Part shown: positions 37,511-45,634 of the stretch, one piece after another | How positions within the stretch are numbered: the first letter of the stretch is position 1 | Layout of the letters: every line of letters starts with the position of its first letter | Assembly (NCBI GenBank): GCA_041662665.1 | Contig: JBAZSC010000004.1 | Location: forward strand, 10,464-74,463 | DNA: 64,000 nt | From: Patescibacteria group bacterium | GTDB lineage: Bacteria > Patescibacteriota > JABMPQ01 > JAQVVF01 | Direction of reading: 5' to 3' | The notes under the pieces: generated by a model | The model's input: only the letters and a program-made list of their open reading frames with translations | Databases searched by the model: none | What the model was told of the DNA's origin: nothing | Made by a program: the position numbers and the translations under genes

Positions 37511-38533
37511 ATGATAAAAAACACAACACCAAAAATCATCGCACCAGAAGAAAAATTAGAAGACAAAGCTCTTGATTTTACCTTAAGACCAAAAAAATTA
37601 GATGAATTTATTGGCCAAAACAAGCTAAAAGAAAACCTCAAGATCTTAATTCAAGCTGCAAACATGAGAAAAGAACAAATTGATCATTTGTTACTTTATG
37701 GCCCTCCTGGTACTGGAAAAACAACACTTGCCAACATTATTTCTTGTGAAACAAACGTCAATATCAGAGTCACTTCAGGACCAGCCTTAGAAAAAGCCGG
37801 AGATCTAGCTGCCATTTTAACAAACCTAAAAGATAATGATATTTTGTTTATTGATGAAATACACAGAATGAACAAAAACATTGAAGAAGTCCTTTATCCT
37901 GCCATGGAAGACTATTCTTTAGACATCGTTCTAGGCAAAGGTCCTTCTGCCAAAACAGTCAGATTAGATTTGCCAAAATTTACTCTTATCGGCGCAACTA
38001 CCAGAATTGGTTTATTATCATCACCTCTTCGCGATCGTTTTGGTGCAATTTATCATTTAGATTTTTATGAAGATCACGAATTAGAAAAAATTGTCACTAG
38101 ATCAGCCAATATTCTAAATATAAAAATTGAAGCTTCGGGTTCATCAGAAATCGCTAAAAGATCTAGAAAAACTCCTCGAATTGCCAACAGATTATTAAAA
38201 CGAGTTCGCGATTTTTCTCAAGTAAAATCAGATGGTACAATTACTCAAGCAACTGCTAAAAAAGCTTTAGATTTATTAGAGATTGATAGCTTAGGATTAG
38301 ATGCCGTTGACCGCAAAATTTTAATGACTATTATCCAAAAATTTAATGGCGGACCAGTAGGTATTAAAACAATTTCTCAATCAACTGCCGAAGAACAAGA
38401 TACATTAGAAGAAGTTGTTGAACCATTTTTATTGCAACTCGGTTTTATCAATCGTACAGCCAAAGGCCGAGAAACAACCAGTCTTGCTTATCAACATTTA
38501 GGCATTACTAACATCAAAGAATGGAAAAAATAG
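37511..38533 (+). CDS. ruvB: Holliday junction branch-migration helicase RuvB
   Basis: [11 protein letters not shown] Walker A, DEIHRMN Walker B and the RuvB C-terminal winged helix. Confidence 0.95.
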   Translation: MIKNTTPKIIAPEEKLEDKALDFTLRPKKLDEFIGQNKLKENLKILIQAANMRKEQIDHLLLYGPPGTGKTTLANIISCETNVNIRVTSGPALEKAGDLAAILTNLKDNDILFIDEIHRMNKNIEEVLYPAMEDYSLDIVLGKGPSAKTVRLDLPKFTLIGATTRIGLLSSPLRDRFGAIYHLDFYEDHELEKIVTRSANILNIKIEASGSSEIAKRSRKTPRIANRLLKRVRDFSQVKSDGTITQATAKKALDLLEIDSLGLDAVDRKILMTIIQKFNGGPVGIKTISQSTAEEQDTLEEVVEPFLLQLGFINRTAKGRETTSLAYQHLGITNIKEWKK

Positions 38534-38573
38534 TTTTTTTACTTTTTAATTTTTCCTTTTTACTTTTTTTAAC

Positions 38574-38798
38574 ATGCCAATTTACATCATCTATATAATT
38601 TTTTATGCCCTTCTCGCAATCTACATCATTGCCAGTTTTTTAGTCATTAATTATATTTATAAATATAAACATTTAGGTCCAGCTGTAAAATATCTTATTC
38701 CGCTTTATATTGCCGTATCATTAATCATTATAATTATTGCTAATTTTTATATATTAAAGACCGGCTTTTCCGAAATTATCACTTTAAATATTTTTTAA
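38574..38798 (+). CDS. Hypothetical small membrane protein
   Basis: 74 aa with two hydrophobic helices. Confidence 0.35.
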   Translation: MPIYIIYIIFYALLAIYIIASFLVINYIYKYKHLGPAVKYLIPLYIAVSLIIIIIANFYILKTGFSEIITLNIF

Positions 38799-38830
38799 TT
38801 TTATTTACTTATTACTAGTTACTTTCGCTC

Positions 38831-39346
38831 ATGCTAAATTACACTCTTAATCCAGACGAAAAATTAATAATGCTTATTAGAAAACATAAGATCTACTATC
38901 TAAAACATGCTTTAGTAATATTATTTTTATCAATTTTACCAATTTTATTATATCTATTTTTAGCCTTAAATTTTGAAGATCTATTCAATCCAATAATTGA
39001 TACTTTATTTATAATCATAAGTTCTATCTATTATTTAGCTATTCTTTTTTTCTCACTTATCAGCTGGATGAATTATTATCTTGATGTTTGGTTGGTTACT
39101 AATGAAAGAATAATTGAATACGAACAGAAAAGCCCATTTCGTCGCGAAACTGGTGAATTAATGCTTGAATCAATTGAAGATGTCTCAGTTAAAGTTGAAG
39201 GCATTATTCCATCAATTATAAAATCTGGCAACATTTATGTTCAAACTGCAGGCCAAGCCGAAAGATTTATTTTTACAGATGCGCCAAGACCTGAAGAAAT
39301 TAAAGAAACAATTGTTAAACTAACACATCAATCACTGCATCAATAA
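38831..39346 (+). CDS. Hypothetical membrane protein (two TM helices plus a C-terminal bPH/YdbS-like region?)
   Basis: 171 aa; TM hairpin followed by a soluble domain. Confidence 0.4.
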   Translation: MLNYTLNPDEKLIMLIRKHKIYYLKHALVILFLSILPILLYLFLALNFEDLFNPIIDTLFIIISSIYYLAILFFSLISWMNYYLDVWLVTNERIIEYEQKSPFRRETGELMLESIEDVSVKVEGIIPSIIKSGNIYVQTAGQAERFIFTDAPRPEEIKETIVKLTHQSLHQ

Positions 39347-39361
39347 AATTATAAAAATAAA

Positions 39362-39392
39362 TTAAGCCTTGATAATCTTCAAGGCTTTTGTT
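39362..39392 (+). terminator. Rho-independent terminator
   Basis: aagccttgataatcttcaaggctttt followed by gttat. Confidence 0.6.
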
Positions 39393-39395
39393 ATA

Positions 39396-39518
39396 TTTGG
39401 CAGAAGAATCTTGAATCTAGAATTTGGAATCTAGAATGAATAATGAATTTAGAATACAGAATTCTCGATTCTAAATTCCAAATTCTATTCCAGATTCTAG
39501 ATTCCAGATTCTATATTC
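39396..39518. repeat. Inverted oligo-repeat element (gaatctagaat words)
   Basis: ttgaatctagaatttggaatctagaatg is paired with cagattctagattccagattctat. Confidence 0.6.
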
Positions 39519-39526
39519 TAATTTTT

Positions 39527-40570
39527 ATGTCCACAAAACTTTCAGACTACGACTACAATCTTCCACAAAAACTAATTGCCCAAACACCAGCTTCTCCAAG
39601 AGACAAAGCACGTCTTTTAGTTTTGAATCGAAAAAATGACAAGATTTTTCATCACAAATTTTTCGAAATTGACAAATTTTTGAAAAAGGGCGATGTCATA
39701 GTTTTAAATAATACCAAAGTCATTCCAGCCAGATTATATGGCAAAAAAGAAACCGGCGGTAAGGTCGAAATTTTATTATTAAATCCTGTAGCGACAGGGC
39801 ACTGCCCTGTCGCGGTCTGGTCGTGTCTCACCAAGCCAGGCTTAAAACCAAATACTAAAATAATTTTTAATAACAAAATTTCTGCCAAAATAATTTCTCG
39901 TGAAAATGAAAAAGCAACTATAGAATTTGATTTAAACAAAAAACAATTTAACCAATTTTTAAAAAAATCTGGCAATGTCCCATTACCTCCATACATCTCA
40001 CCAAAACAAAAAAACAATAAAACAAAAAAACAATACCAAACCGTTTTCGCAAAATTTGATGGTTCTGTCGCCGCTCCAACTGCTGGTCTTCATTTCACGA
40101 ACAGATTAATCAAAAAATTAAAAAATAAAGGTATTAAATTTGAATATATAACTTTACATGTCGGTTTAGGCACTTTTCAGCCAGTCAAAGAAAATGATAT
40201 TACTAAACACAAAATCCATTCAGAATACGCTGAAATTTCTGCACAAACCGCTAAAAACTTGAACAATGCAAAGAAAAAAGGCCATCGCATTATCGCTTGT
40301 GGAACAACAGTAGTTCGAACACTCGAAGCCGCAGCAATTAACAATTTAGCAATTAAACAATTTAGCAATAATACATCAATTTTTATCACGCCAGGCTATA
40401 AATTCAAATTCGTTGACGCGATGATCACGAATTTCCATTTACCAAAATCAACACTATTAATGTTAATTTCTGCTTTTTCTAATTTAAAACAAATTAAAAA
40501 AACTTATAAAGTCGCCATAAAAAACAAATACAAATTTTATTCTTTCGGTGACGCAATGTTAATATTGTAA
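39527..40570 (+). CDS. queA: S-adenosylmethionine:tRNA ribosyltransferase-isomerase QueA
   Basis: MSTKLSDYDYNLPQKLIAQTP N-terminus typical of QueA. The start is assigned to the ATG at 39527. Carries an in-frame GC-rich palindrome at 39786-39833. Confidence 0.85.
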   Translation: MSTKLSDYDYNLPQKLIAQTPASPRDKARLLVLNRKNDKIFHHKFFEIDKFLKKGDVIVLNNTKVIPARLYGKKETGGKVEILLLNPVATGHCPVAVWSCLTKPGLKPNTKIIFNNKISAKIISRENEKATIEFDLNKKQFNQFLKKSGNVPLPPYISPKQKNNKTKKQYQTVFAKFDGSVAAPTAGLHFTNRLIKKLKNKGIKFEYITLHVGLGTFQPVKENDITKHKIHSEYAEISAQTAKNLNNAKKKGHRIIACGTTVVRTLEAAAINNLAIKQFSNNTSIFITPGYKFKFVDAMITNFHLPKSTLLMLISAFSNLKQIKKTYKVAIKNKYKFYSFGDAMLIL

Positions 40571-40582
40571 AACAAATTTTAA

Positions 40583-40618
40583 ACTAATTTTCCGACGCTC
40601 TGACGTTCTGACGCTCTG
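40583..40618. repeat. 8-nt tandem microsatellite, about 4 units of CTCCGACG/GACGCTCT
   Basis: tccgacgctctgacgttctgacgctctg. Confidence 0.7.
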
Positions 40619-40620
40619 AT

Positions 40621-40648
40621 TTTCCGAAATAAAAAAGAGCCCATTAGG
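40621..40648 (-). terminator. Terminator of island gene A
   Basis: The minus-strand RNA forms agaguccuaaugggcucu followed by U6. The identical sequence recurs at 41431-41458. Confidence 0.65.
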
Positions 40649-40666
40649 ACTCTATAAAAAAGAGCT

Positions 40667-41203
40667 TCAGTTCATCTTCATCCTGTAAGCTTCACAAACC
40701 TTGAAAGTCAGACTTCCCCGAAAATCATAATAGTTGGTAGCACGCTTGCCATTTCCATTCACTGGCAAGTTTTCATAATCGTAAAAAGTTGAATCGTCAA
40801 TGTGACTCAACGAAATCTTTCGAGCCATTTTGCGATTCACATTGATTGCAGTCATCATTCGACCCTTGTATCGCTTCGGCCGATGTCCACCGATCAACCG
40901 CTCAGCGCGACGATTGTCTTCACCAACCTTCACGCCAACAGTCAACAGATGACGCCGCCTCAAGTTCGAATAAGGAGTGCCATTCCCACGTTCACCATGA
41001 TGTTTTCCAGTCCCGGCAACAGGCTTGCCCCGAACCGGATCTCTCATCCATTCCATCACATTCTTCTTCTCTTCACGCTTCCTTTCCACTTGCTTTCGCA
41101 CTTCTTCGTCATACGACATCCTGTTCTCAATTTCTCTTCTCTGATAGTCTCTGTCAGCAGTATTCTTGTTTGCAACACAAGCAGTATCTCGATGAATGCC
41201 CAT
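40667..41203 (-). CDS. Island protein A, hypothetical (AGTGKHHG-motif family)
   Basis: Start reassigned to the ATG at 41203, preceded by ggagggaaagag (SD). The ORF-track N-terminal extension (TTG start at 41311) contains the sigma70 promoter. The product is charged and R/K/E-rich. Confidence 0.6.
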   Translation of the reverse strand: MGIHRDTACVANKNTADRDYQRREIENRMSYDEEVRKQVERKREEKKNVMEWMRDPVRGKPVAGTGKHHGERGNGTPYSNLRRRHLLTVGVKVGEDNRRAERLIGGHRPKRYKGRMMTAINVNRKMARKISLSHIDDSTFYDYENLPVNGNGKRATNYYDFRGSLTFKVCEAYRMKMN

Positions 41204-41273
41204 CTCTTTCCCTCCACGCGCCTGTTTTTCCAGGCTGTTCGTCCCTCCACGACACCAGAAAACAGAATAAAAC

Positions 41274-41301
41274 ATTATATCACAACCATATAATTTGTCA
41301 A
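41274..41301 (-). promoter_or_regulatory. Canonical sigma70-type promoter of island gene A (TTGACA-N16/17-TATAAT)
   Basis: The minus strand reads ttgacaaattatatggttgtgatataat. Confidence 0.65.
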
Positions 41302-41378
41302 GATTTTTCAATATTTAAGCTTATTTAAAACAAAAAAACTACAAACATTTCCGAAAATCTGACAATCAGAAGCTCAGA

Positions 41379-41428
41379 AGTCTGACGCTCCGACGCTCCA
41401 ACGCTCCGACGTTCCCACGTTCCCAAAT
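41379..41428. repeat. 8-nt tandem microsatellite (CTCCGACG)n, about 6 units
   Basis: gtctgacgctccgacgctccaacgctccgacgttcccacgttccc. Confidence 0.7.
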
Positions 41429-41430
41429 AA

Positions 41431-41458
41431 AAAAGAGCCCATTAGGACTCTACAAAAA
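41431..41458 (-). terminator. Terminator of island gene B (identical to that at 40621-40648)
   Basis: aaataaaaaagagcccattaggactct. Confidence 0.65.
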
Positions 41459-41477
41459 GGTACAAATTACAAATAGT

Positions 41478-42248
41478 TCAATCGAATACAACTGGTACGA
41501 ACCCACCCTGATTGTGCCAAGGCATATGCTCTCCCATCGCAAATCCGAAAGGATCTTCAAACCGACGATCTTCCAGATCCTCAATCTTTGGAACCTTCCA
41601 ATTCGAACTCCGATCTGTAACAACTCGATTCAGCTTAGGATCGAACATTCTGAATTGAAGCCCATCTTGACTGAAAAGATCCGCATTGAAATGGATTCCT
41701 CCATTCCTATCTTCTGCATCTTCATCTTCATCATGTTCATCAAACTGCTCAAAACTCTTCCCATCAGAAGAATTGTCATCATCTTCACAATCGTCTTCAT
41801 CCTTATCATTCACATCATCAGCACAAATGTAAGCAACAGCCGGTTCAGGCACATCGTTGATAGTCTTTTTCTTTGAAATGGCCACAAGTTCCTCAATCGT
41901 AACCTGATGCTCTTCCCTGAATTGCCGATCGATCTCAGCTTCCCATTCCTGAATGGTCGAATCATCAGCTTCACTCAAAGTCATCTTCCTCAAAACCAGA
42001 TCACGATGTTCACTTTCCATATCATGCACACCCTTCGGCTGTTTCGTTCCAATCAACCTTGTTCCACACTTCAAACGAATTGTACAAGTTGATTCACCTT
42101 GTCCAGAATCACCATGATGCTTTCCAGTTCCAGCAATTGGAAAACCCCTTTCCGGAGCAATGTAAGTTCGCTTCTCCCCTTTCTCTGCAAGTTCGTTCAG
42201 CCTCATCGTATGATAAACACGCTTCTGATCCTTGGACAACCGAGCCAT
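41478..42248 (-). CDS. Island protein B, hypothetical paralog of A (AGTGKHHG motif) with a long poly-acidic tract
   Basis: Start reassigned to the ATG at 42248, preceded by gcggagggaaagagaa (SD). Shares RGFPIAGTGKHHGDSGQG and RLIG with protein A. Contains the acidic stretch DDVNDKDEDDCEDDDNSSD...DEHDEDEDAED. Confidence 0.6.
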   Translation of the reverse strand: MARLSKDQKRVYHTMRLNELAEKGEKRTYIAPERGFPIAGTGKHHGDSGQGESTCTIRLKCGTRLIGTKQPKGVHDMESEHRDLVLRKMTLSEADDSTIQEWEAEIDRQFREEHQVTIEELVAISKKKTINDVPEPAVAYICADDVNDKDEDDCEDDDNSSDGKSFEQFDEHDEDEDAEDRNGGIHFNADLFSQDGLQFRMFDPKLNRVVTDRSSNWKVPKIEDLEDRRFEDPFGFAMGEHMPWHNQGGFVPVVFD

Positions 42249-42372
42249 TTCTCTTTCCCTCCGCGCCACCAAAACTTCTTGTTTGGTGGTCGTTTTCCCG
42301 CTTTTTTCTCTTGCGGGTCCCATCGATCTCGTACCCAAAATAACATAGAACTAACCAGAAATATAGCATTTT

Positions 42373-42401
42373 ATTCTATCATTAAAAAATAAAAATGTCA
42401 A
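42373..42401 (-). promoter_or_regulatory. Sigma70-type promoter of island gene B (TTGACA-N17-TAGAAT)
   Basis: The minus strand reads ttgacatttttattttttaatgatagaat. Confidence 0.6.
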
Positions 42402-42467
42402 TAGAAATCAAAAATACCAACTTTTTGGCTTTAAAAAGACAAGAAAAATATCATAAATTTGAGTGGT

Positions 42468-42546
42468 GGCGTTCTGACGATCCAAAGCTCCCACGCTCCG
42501 ACGCTCCGAAAGTCCCACGCTCCGACGCTCCCACGTCCCACGTTCC
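42468..42546. repeat. 8-nt tandem microsatellite, about 9 units (CTCCGACG/CTCCCACG)
   Basis: gttctgacgatccaaagctcccacgctccgacgctccgaaagtcccacgctccgacgctcccacgtcccacgttccc. Confidence 0.7.
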
Positions 42547-42548
42547 CA

Positions 42549-42580
42549 AATAAAAAAATGGCATCAAAGCCATTAAATAA
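42549..42580 (-). terminator. Terminator of island gene C
   Basis: The minus strand forms aatggctttgatgccatt followed by T7. Confidence 0.6.
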
Positions 42581-42587
42581 AGAACAA

Positions 42588-42941
42588 CTACAACTTTTTT
42601 GCTTCTACTCTTCTTTCAATTTCTCGCCTTACAGCCGACAACACACCTTGAGGCATCAGCTTCGAATCAAAATTCGTCCAACGAAAAATTTCAAAACCTA
42701 CTTTGATTTCACCCAAAGCAATCACTTCTCTCGCAATTTCCAACCTTTTCTGCAAATAATCCAAATCTTCCTTTCTGCACCATCCTCTCCTTTCAAATCC
42801 AAATTCATCAAAACCCCAGTCTGCCAAAACATCATCTGGATGATCAAAAAAATCTGTTTTGTGATCACCCTCGAAAGGATAAAAAACAGTACCACGCCTA
42901 ACAAAAATATCATTCAATGCATACTTCCGACCCTTATCCAT
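42588..42941 (-). CDS. Island protein C, hypothetical 117 aa
   Basis: Strong SD aaaggagagg 5 nt from the ATG; a 7-bp GC hairpin in the leader. No recognisable domain. Confidence 0.55.
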   Translation of the reverse strand: MDKGRKYALNDIFVRRGTVFYPFEGDHKTDFFDHPDDVLADWGFDEFGFERRGWCRKEDLDYLQKRLEIAREVIALGEIKVGFEIFRWTNFDSKLMPQGVLSAVRREIERRVEAKKL

Positions 42942-42994
42942 TTCCTCTCCTTTGCCTGTCTCCCCCTTTTGACAGGCTTTTTTTGCACCTTAAA

Positions 42995-43022
42995 AGTATA
43001 TCAAAATTTTTCATAAAGTCAA
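42995..43022 (-). promoter_or_regulatory. Sigma70-type promoter of island gene C (TTGACT-N16-TATACT)
   Basis: The minus strand reads ttgactttatgaaaaattttgatatact. Confidence 0.55.
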
Positions 43023-43052
43023 TATTATATTATAATCATAATATCAAAACCC

Positions 43053-43081
43053 TTGACTTTAAATAAAAAAGATATTATAAT
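43053..43081 (+). promoter_or_regulatory. Sigma70-type promoter of island gene D (TTGACT-N17-TATAAT), divergent from the gene C promoter
   Basis: ttgactttaaataaaaaagatattataat, followed by the SD aagggggg 5 nt before the ATG at 43118. Confidence 0.6.
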
Positions 43082-43117
43082 CAACCGTTCGTTCTCTTGA
43101 CAACAAGGGGGGAAAAA

Positions 43118-43918
43118 ATGCCTCCATTCAGCCAAACAAGATTAAATATCAACAAAATGCTTTTTGAACGAAAATGGTTTCAAAATACTGATGCTAATAT
43201 CGTTCAAAAACTCTTCAATTTGCCTGAAGCTTGTAATGGTTTTTTGGAAGATCTAGCAATTCGTCCTGAACAAATTGGCAAATGGACACTTTCCAAAATC
43301 TCTGAAATCTTCATTCCATTCAATGAACGTGCCTGGAACATTTACATCGTTTTTGAAATCAAAAATCAGAATGATGAAATCAGTCATTTCCAATACCATT
43401 CTTGGCAAAAAGGACCTTCGTCTGGAGTCAAAGGCATTGTTTTGATCAAAGATAAGACTTCTGGAAAAATCTCACACTTTGTTTTATTACAAGGCTATAA
43501 ATTTGGAGCAGGAGTACTAACTTTCGATTGTATTGGTGGCTTTGCTGAAGATGGTGAAGAAAATGAAGCCGGAATGACACAACGATTCCGCACTGAAATG
43601 AAAGAGGAGCTGGGACTTCCAACCTTGCCTCCTCATCAAATTGTTTCTCTTGGCAGATTTAATCCAGATGCTGGGATTTCCAATAACAGACCTTTCTTGA
43701 TGGTTGCAATTGTTTCTTCTGAACATTTGCCATACATCGAAACATCAAATCTCCCTAATCCAAGCACATTTGAAAACGTTGCAAAAATCATTGTTCCAGT
43801 TTCCGAACTTGCAAGATTTGTTGACAATTGCGAAGACTCGTTCTTTCATGTCTGCATTACCAGACTTTTAGCCAAAGGCATTACTCTTTCCACCAGCCCC
43901 ATCTCAACTCACCCTTAA
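43118..43918 (+). CDS. Island protein D, hypothetical with a degenerate Nudix-like box in its C-terminal half
   Basis: GGFAEDGEENEAGMTQRFRTEMKEELGL approximates the Nudix box GX5EX7REUXEEXGU with a one-residue shift. Start at the ATG after the G-rich SD. Confidence 0.45.
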   Translation: MPPFSQTRLNINKMLFERKWFQNTDANIVQKLFNLPEACNGFLEDLAIRPEQIGKWTLSKISEIFIPFNERAWNIYIVFEIKNQNDEISHFQYHSWQKGPSSGVKGIVLIKDKTSGKISHFVLLQGYKFGAGVLTFDCIGGFAEDGEENEAGMTQRFRTEMKEELGLPTLPPHQIVSLGRFNPDAGISNNRPFLMVAIVSSEHLPYIETSNLPNPSTFENVAKIIVPVSELARFVDNCEDSFFHVCITRLLAKGITLSTSPISTHP

Positions 43919-43934
43919 GTGAGTTTTTTTATTC
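43903..43934 (+). terminator. Terminator of island gene D
   Basis: actcacccttaagtgagt followed by T7. Confidence 0.6.
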
Positions 43935-44101
43935 CTTGTCAACCGTAATGCCTTCAAAATTTAGTTTCAAAAATTAAGGGATTTAGAAAATAAGAAAATT
44001 AAAATAAATTCATATCATATTTTTAAGGCATGAAGGTTGAACAAAAAAATCGCAATAGCGATTTAATTTAGAGTTATTTAAATAAATAAAAGTTTATTTT
44101 T

Positions 44102-45469
44102 TCAATTTTCTTTTTCCGTTTTCAATTTTGTAATAATCATCAAAGCAATAATCAACCAAAATAAAATTGACAAATCATTTTTAAAATACGGCACATCAAC
44201 AATACCATGCATAATTATACAAACCATCGCACCCATCAAAGCAATTTCCAATTTCCAATTTCCAATTTCCAATTCTCCCATCCCAGTTTGTAATTTGTTG
44301 TTTGTAATTTGTTTGTTTTTTTGTTCTTTTGTTTTTTTGTTTTTTTCAAAACCTTGCCAAAAGAATAAAACTAAAATCCAAACAAAAGAAATTAATCCGA
44401 GCACCCCCGTCTCCACCCAAAAATTCAAAATAATATTATGCGGATAAACTAAAATTTCAGTATGCTTATTTAATTTATAATTTGGATAAGCTTTTTGAAA
44501 TCCAGCTAAACCAGCTCCAAAAATTGGATTTGCTTTTATTAAATTCCATGTTCCTTCCCAAAGAACAAGTCTCACATCGCCTGAAGTTTCTTGAAAAGTA
44601 ATAATTGGCACCACTTTTTTTGAAGTTACTGGAACTATCAAAATAGAAATTATCGAAACAATCGCCAGTCCAACCACCCACCATCTGAATTTCGTAAACA
44701 TCAGCATAAAAAACAATCCGATCAAAATTCCAAAAATCGCACCCTTAGACACAGCCAAGACAACTGCTATTACTCCTGCTAAAACAACCAAACAATAAAA
44801 CAATAAAACAAAAATCGACACAATTTGTTTTCTTGTTTTATTGTTTTCTTGTTTCATGCCGACAATCAACCCACTAAACAATACAACTATTGGTGCGACA
44901 TATAAACCGATCGCATTTGGATAATCAAACACGCTCGTTGCTCGTTTTAAATTTGGCAAATTATAATCTACTGGAATATTAATATTAAAAATGTATTGAA
45001 TAATCGCATAAACAGAAATAACTAATGATGACAAACCTAATGCCCACAAAATTAAATTTAATTGCTTTTTAGATCTTAAGACATCAAGCAAAATTAAAAA
45101 AACTAAAATTGGTTCTACAAAATATGCTCTAAATCTTCCCAAAGCATGTTTAAAATCAGCCGAAACAAAAACTGAAATTATCGCAGCCAGCAAAAATAAC
45201 AAAATTGGCAACCACCATTTTTTCAACAGTTCTCGCCAATTCGCAACAGTCTGCTTTATCTCTTTATTTAAAATCTTCTTAACAACAAAAATTAGAGTTA
45301 AAACTAATACCATCAATTCCAAAAATGTTGACGGCAATGGCCCAAGATTAAATCTCAACAAATACAATGGCATGGCAAAGACAACTAGACTTAATCCAAT
45401 ATCAACTCTTCGCCAACAAATAATGGCGTAAATAATCAATAGTGAAAATACAATAATTATGTTTAACAT
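44102..45469 (-). CDS. O-antigen ligase / Wzy-like polytopic membrane protein with an in-frame repeat insert
   Basis: 10-12 TM helices in Wzy_C-like topology. The repeat at 44243-44310 is translated in frame as KQITNNKLQTGMGELEIGNWKLEI. Confidence 0.55.
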   Translation of the reverse strand: MLNIIIVFSLLIIYAIICWRRVDIGLSLVVFAMPLYLLRFNLGPLPSTFLELMVLVLTLIFVVKKILNKEIKQTVANWRELLKKWWLPILLFLLAAIISVFVSADFKHALGRFRAYFVEPILVFLILLDVLRSKKQLNLILWALGLSSLVISVYAIIQYIFNINIPVDYNLPNLKRATSVFDYPNAIGLYVAPIVVLFSGLIVGMKQENNKTRKQIVSIFVLLFYCLVVLAGVIAVVLAVSKGAIFGILIGLFFMLMFTKFRWWVVGLAIVSIISILIVPVTSKKVVPIITFQETSGDVRLVLWEGTWNLIKANPIFGAGLAGFQKAYPNYKLNKHTEILVYPHNIILNFWVETGVLGLISFVWILVLFFWQGFEKNKKTKEQKNKQITNNKLQTGMGELEIGNWKLEIALMGAMVCIIMHGIVDVPYFKNDLSILFWLIIALMIITKLKTEKEN

Positions 45470-45518
45470 AAACTCAAAGCACTAATTTCGTTAAAAGCTT
45501 CTAAGGTCGCTTTTAACT

Positions 45519-45626
45519 CCTAAACAAATTCAAAACTCAAATTTCAAATTCCAAAACATTGACGACGAGTTTTGAAAATTTTGATTTTGAGCATTTAGAT
45601 TTGTTTAGAATTTAGGATTTAGGATT
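45519..45626. repeat. Long inverted repeat (caaattcaaaa / tttggaattt-type words)
   Basis: Left arm cctaaacaaattcaaaactcaaatttcaaattccaaaac pairs with right arm gagttttgaaaattttgattttgagcatttagatttgtttagaatttaggatttagg. Confidence 0.65.
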
Positions 45627-45634
45627 TTCTAAAA

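Noticed and set aside
36892-37641. ORFs 36892-37239 (+) and 37375-37641 (-)
   Set aside because: They lie in attcgtat-type low-complexity repeats and over the candidate ncRNA and ruvB promoter, and they overlap the ruvB start. No RBS or domain; treated as non-coding.
40802-42392. Multiple overlapping + strand ORFs in the island (40802-41293, 40846-41328, 41514-41876, 41907-42092, 42059-42343, 42099-42392) and minus-strand 41056-41250, 42109-42369
   Set aside because: They are overlapping frames of the GC-rich minus-strand genes. GC-rich DNA yields long spurious ORFs. The minus-strand genes have SD, promoter and terminator, and these do not.
40583-42546. (CTCCGACG)n tandem arrays considered as CRISPR-like repeats
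   Set aside because: The unit is only 8 nt, with no unique spacers and no cas genes. A copy lies in frame inside valS. This is a microsatellite, not CRISPR.
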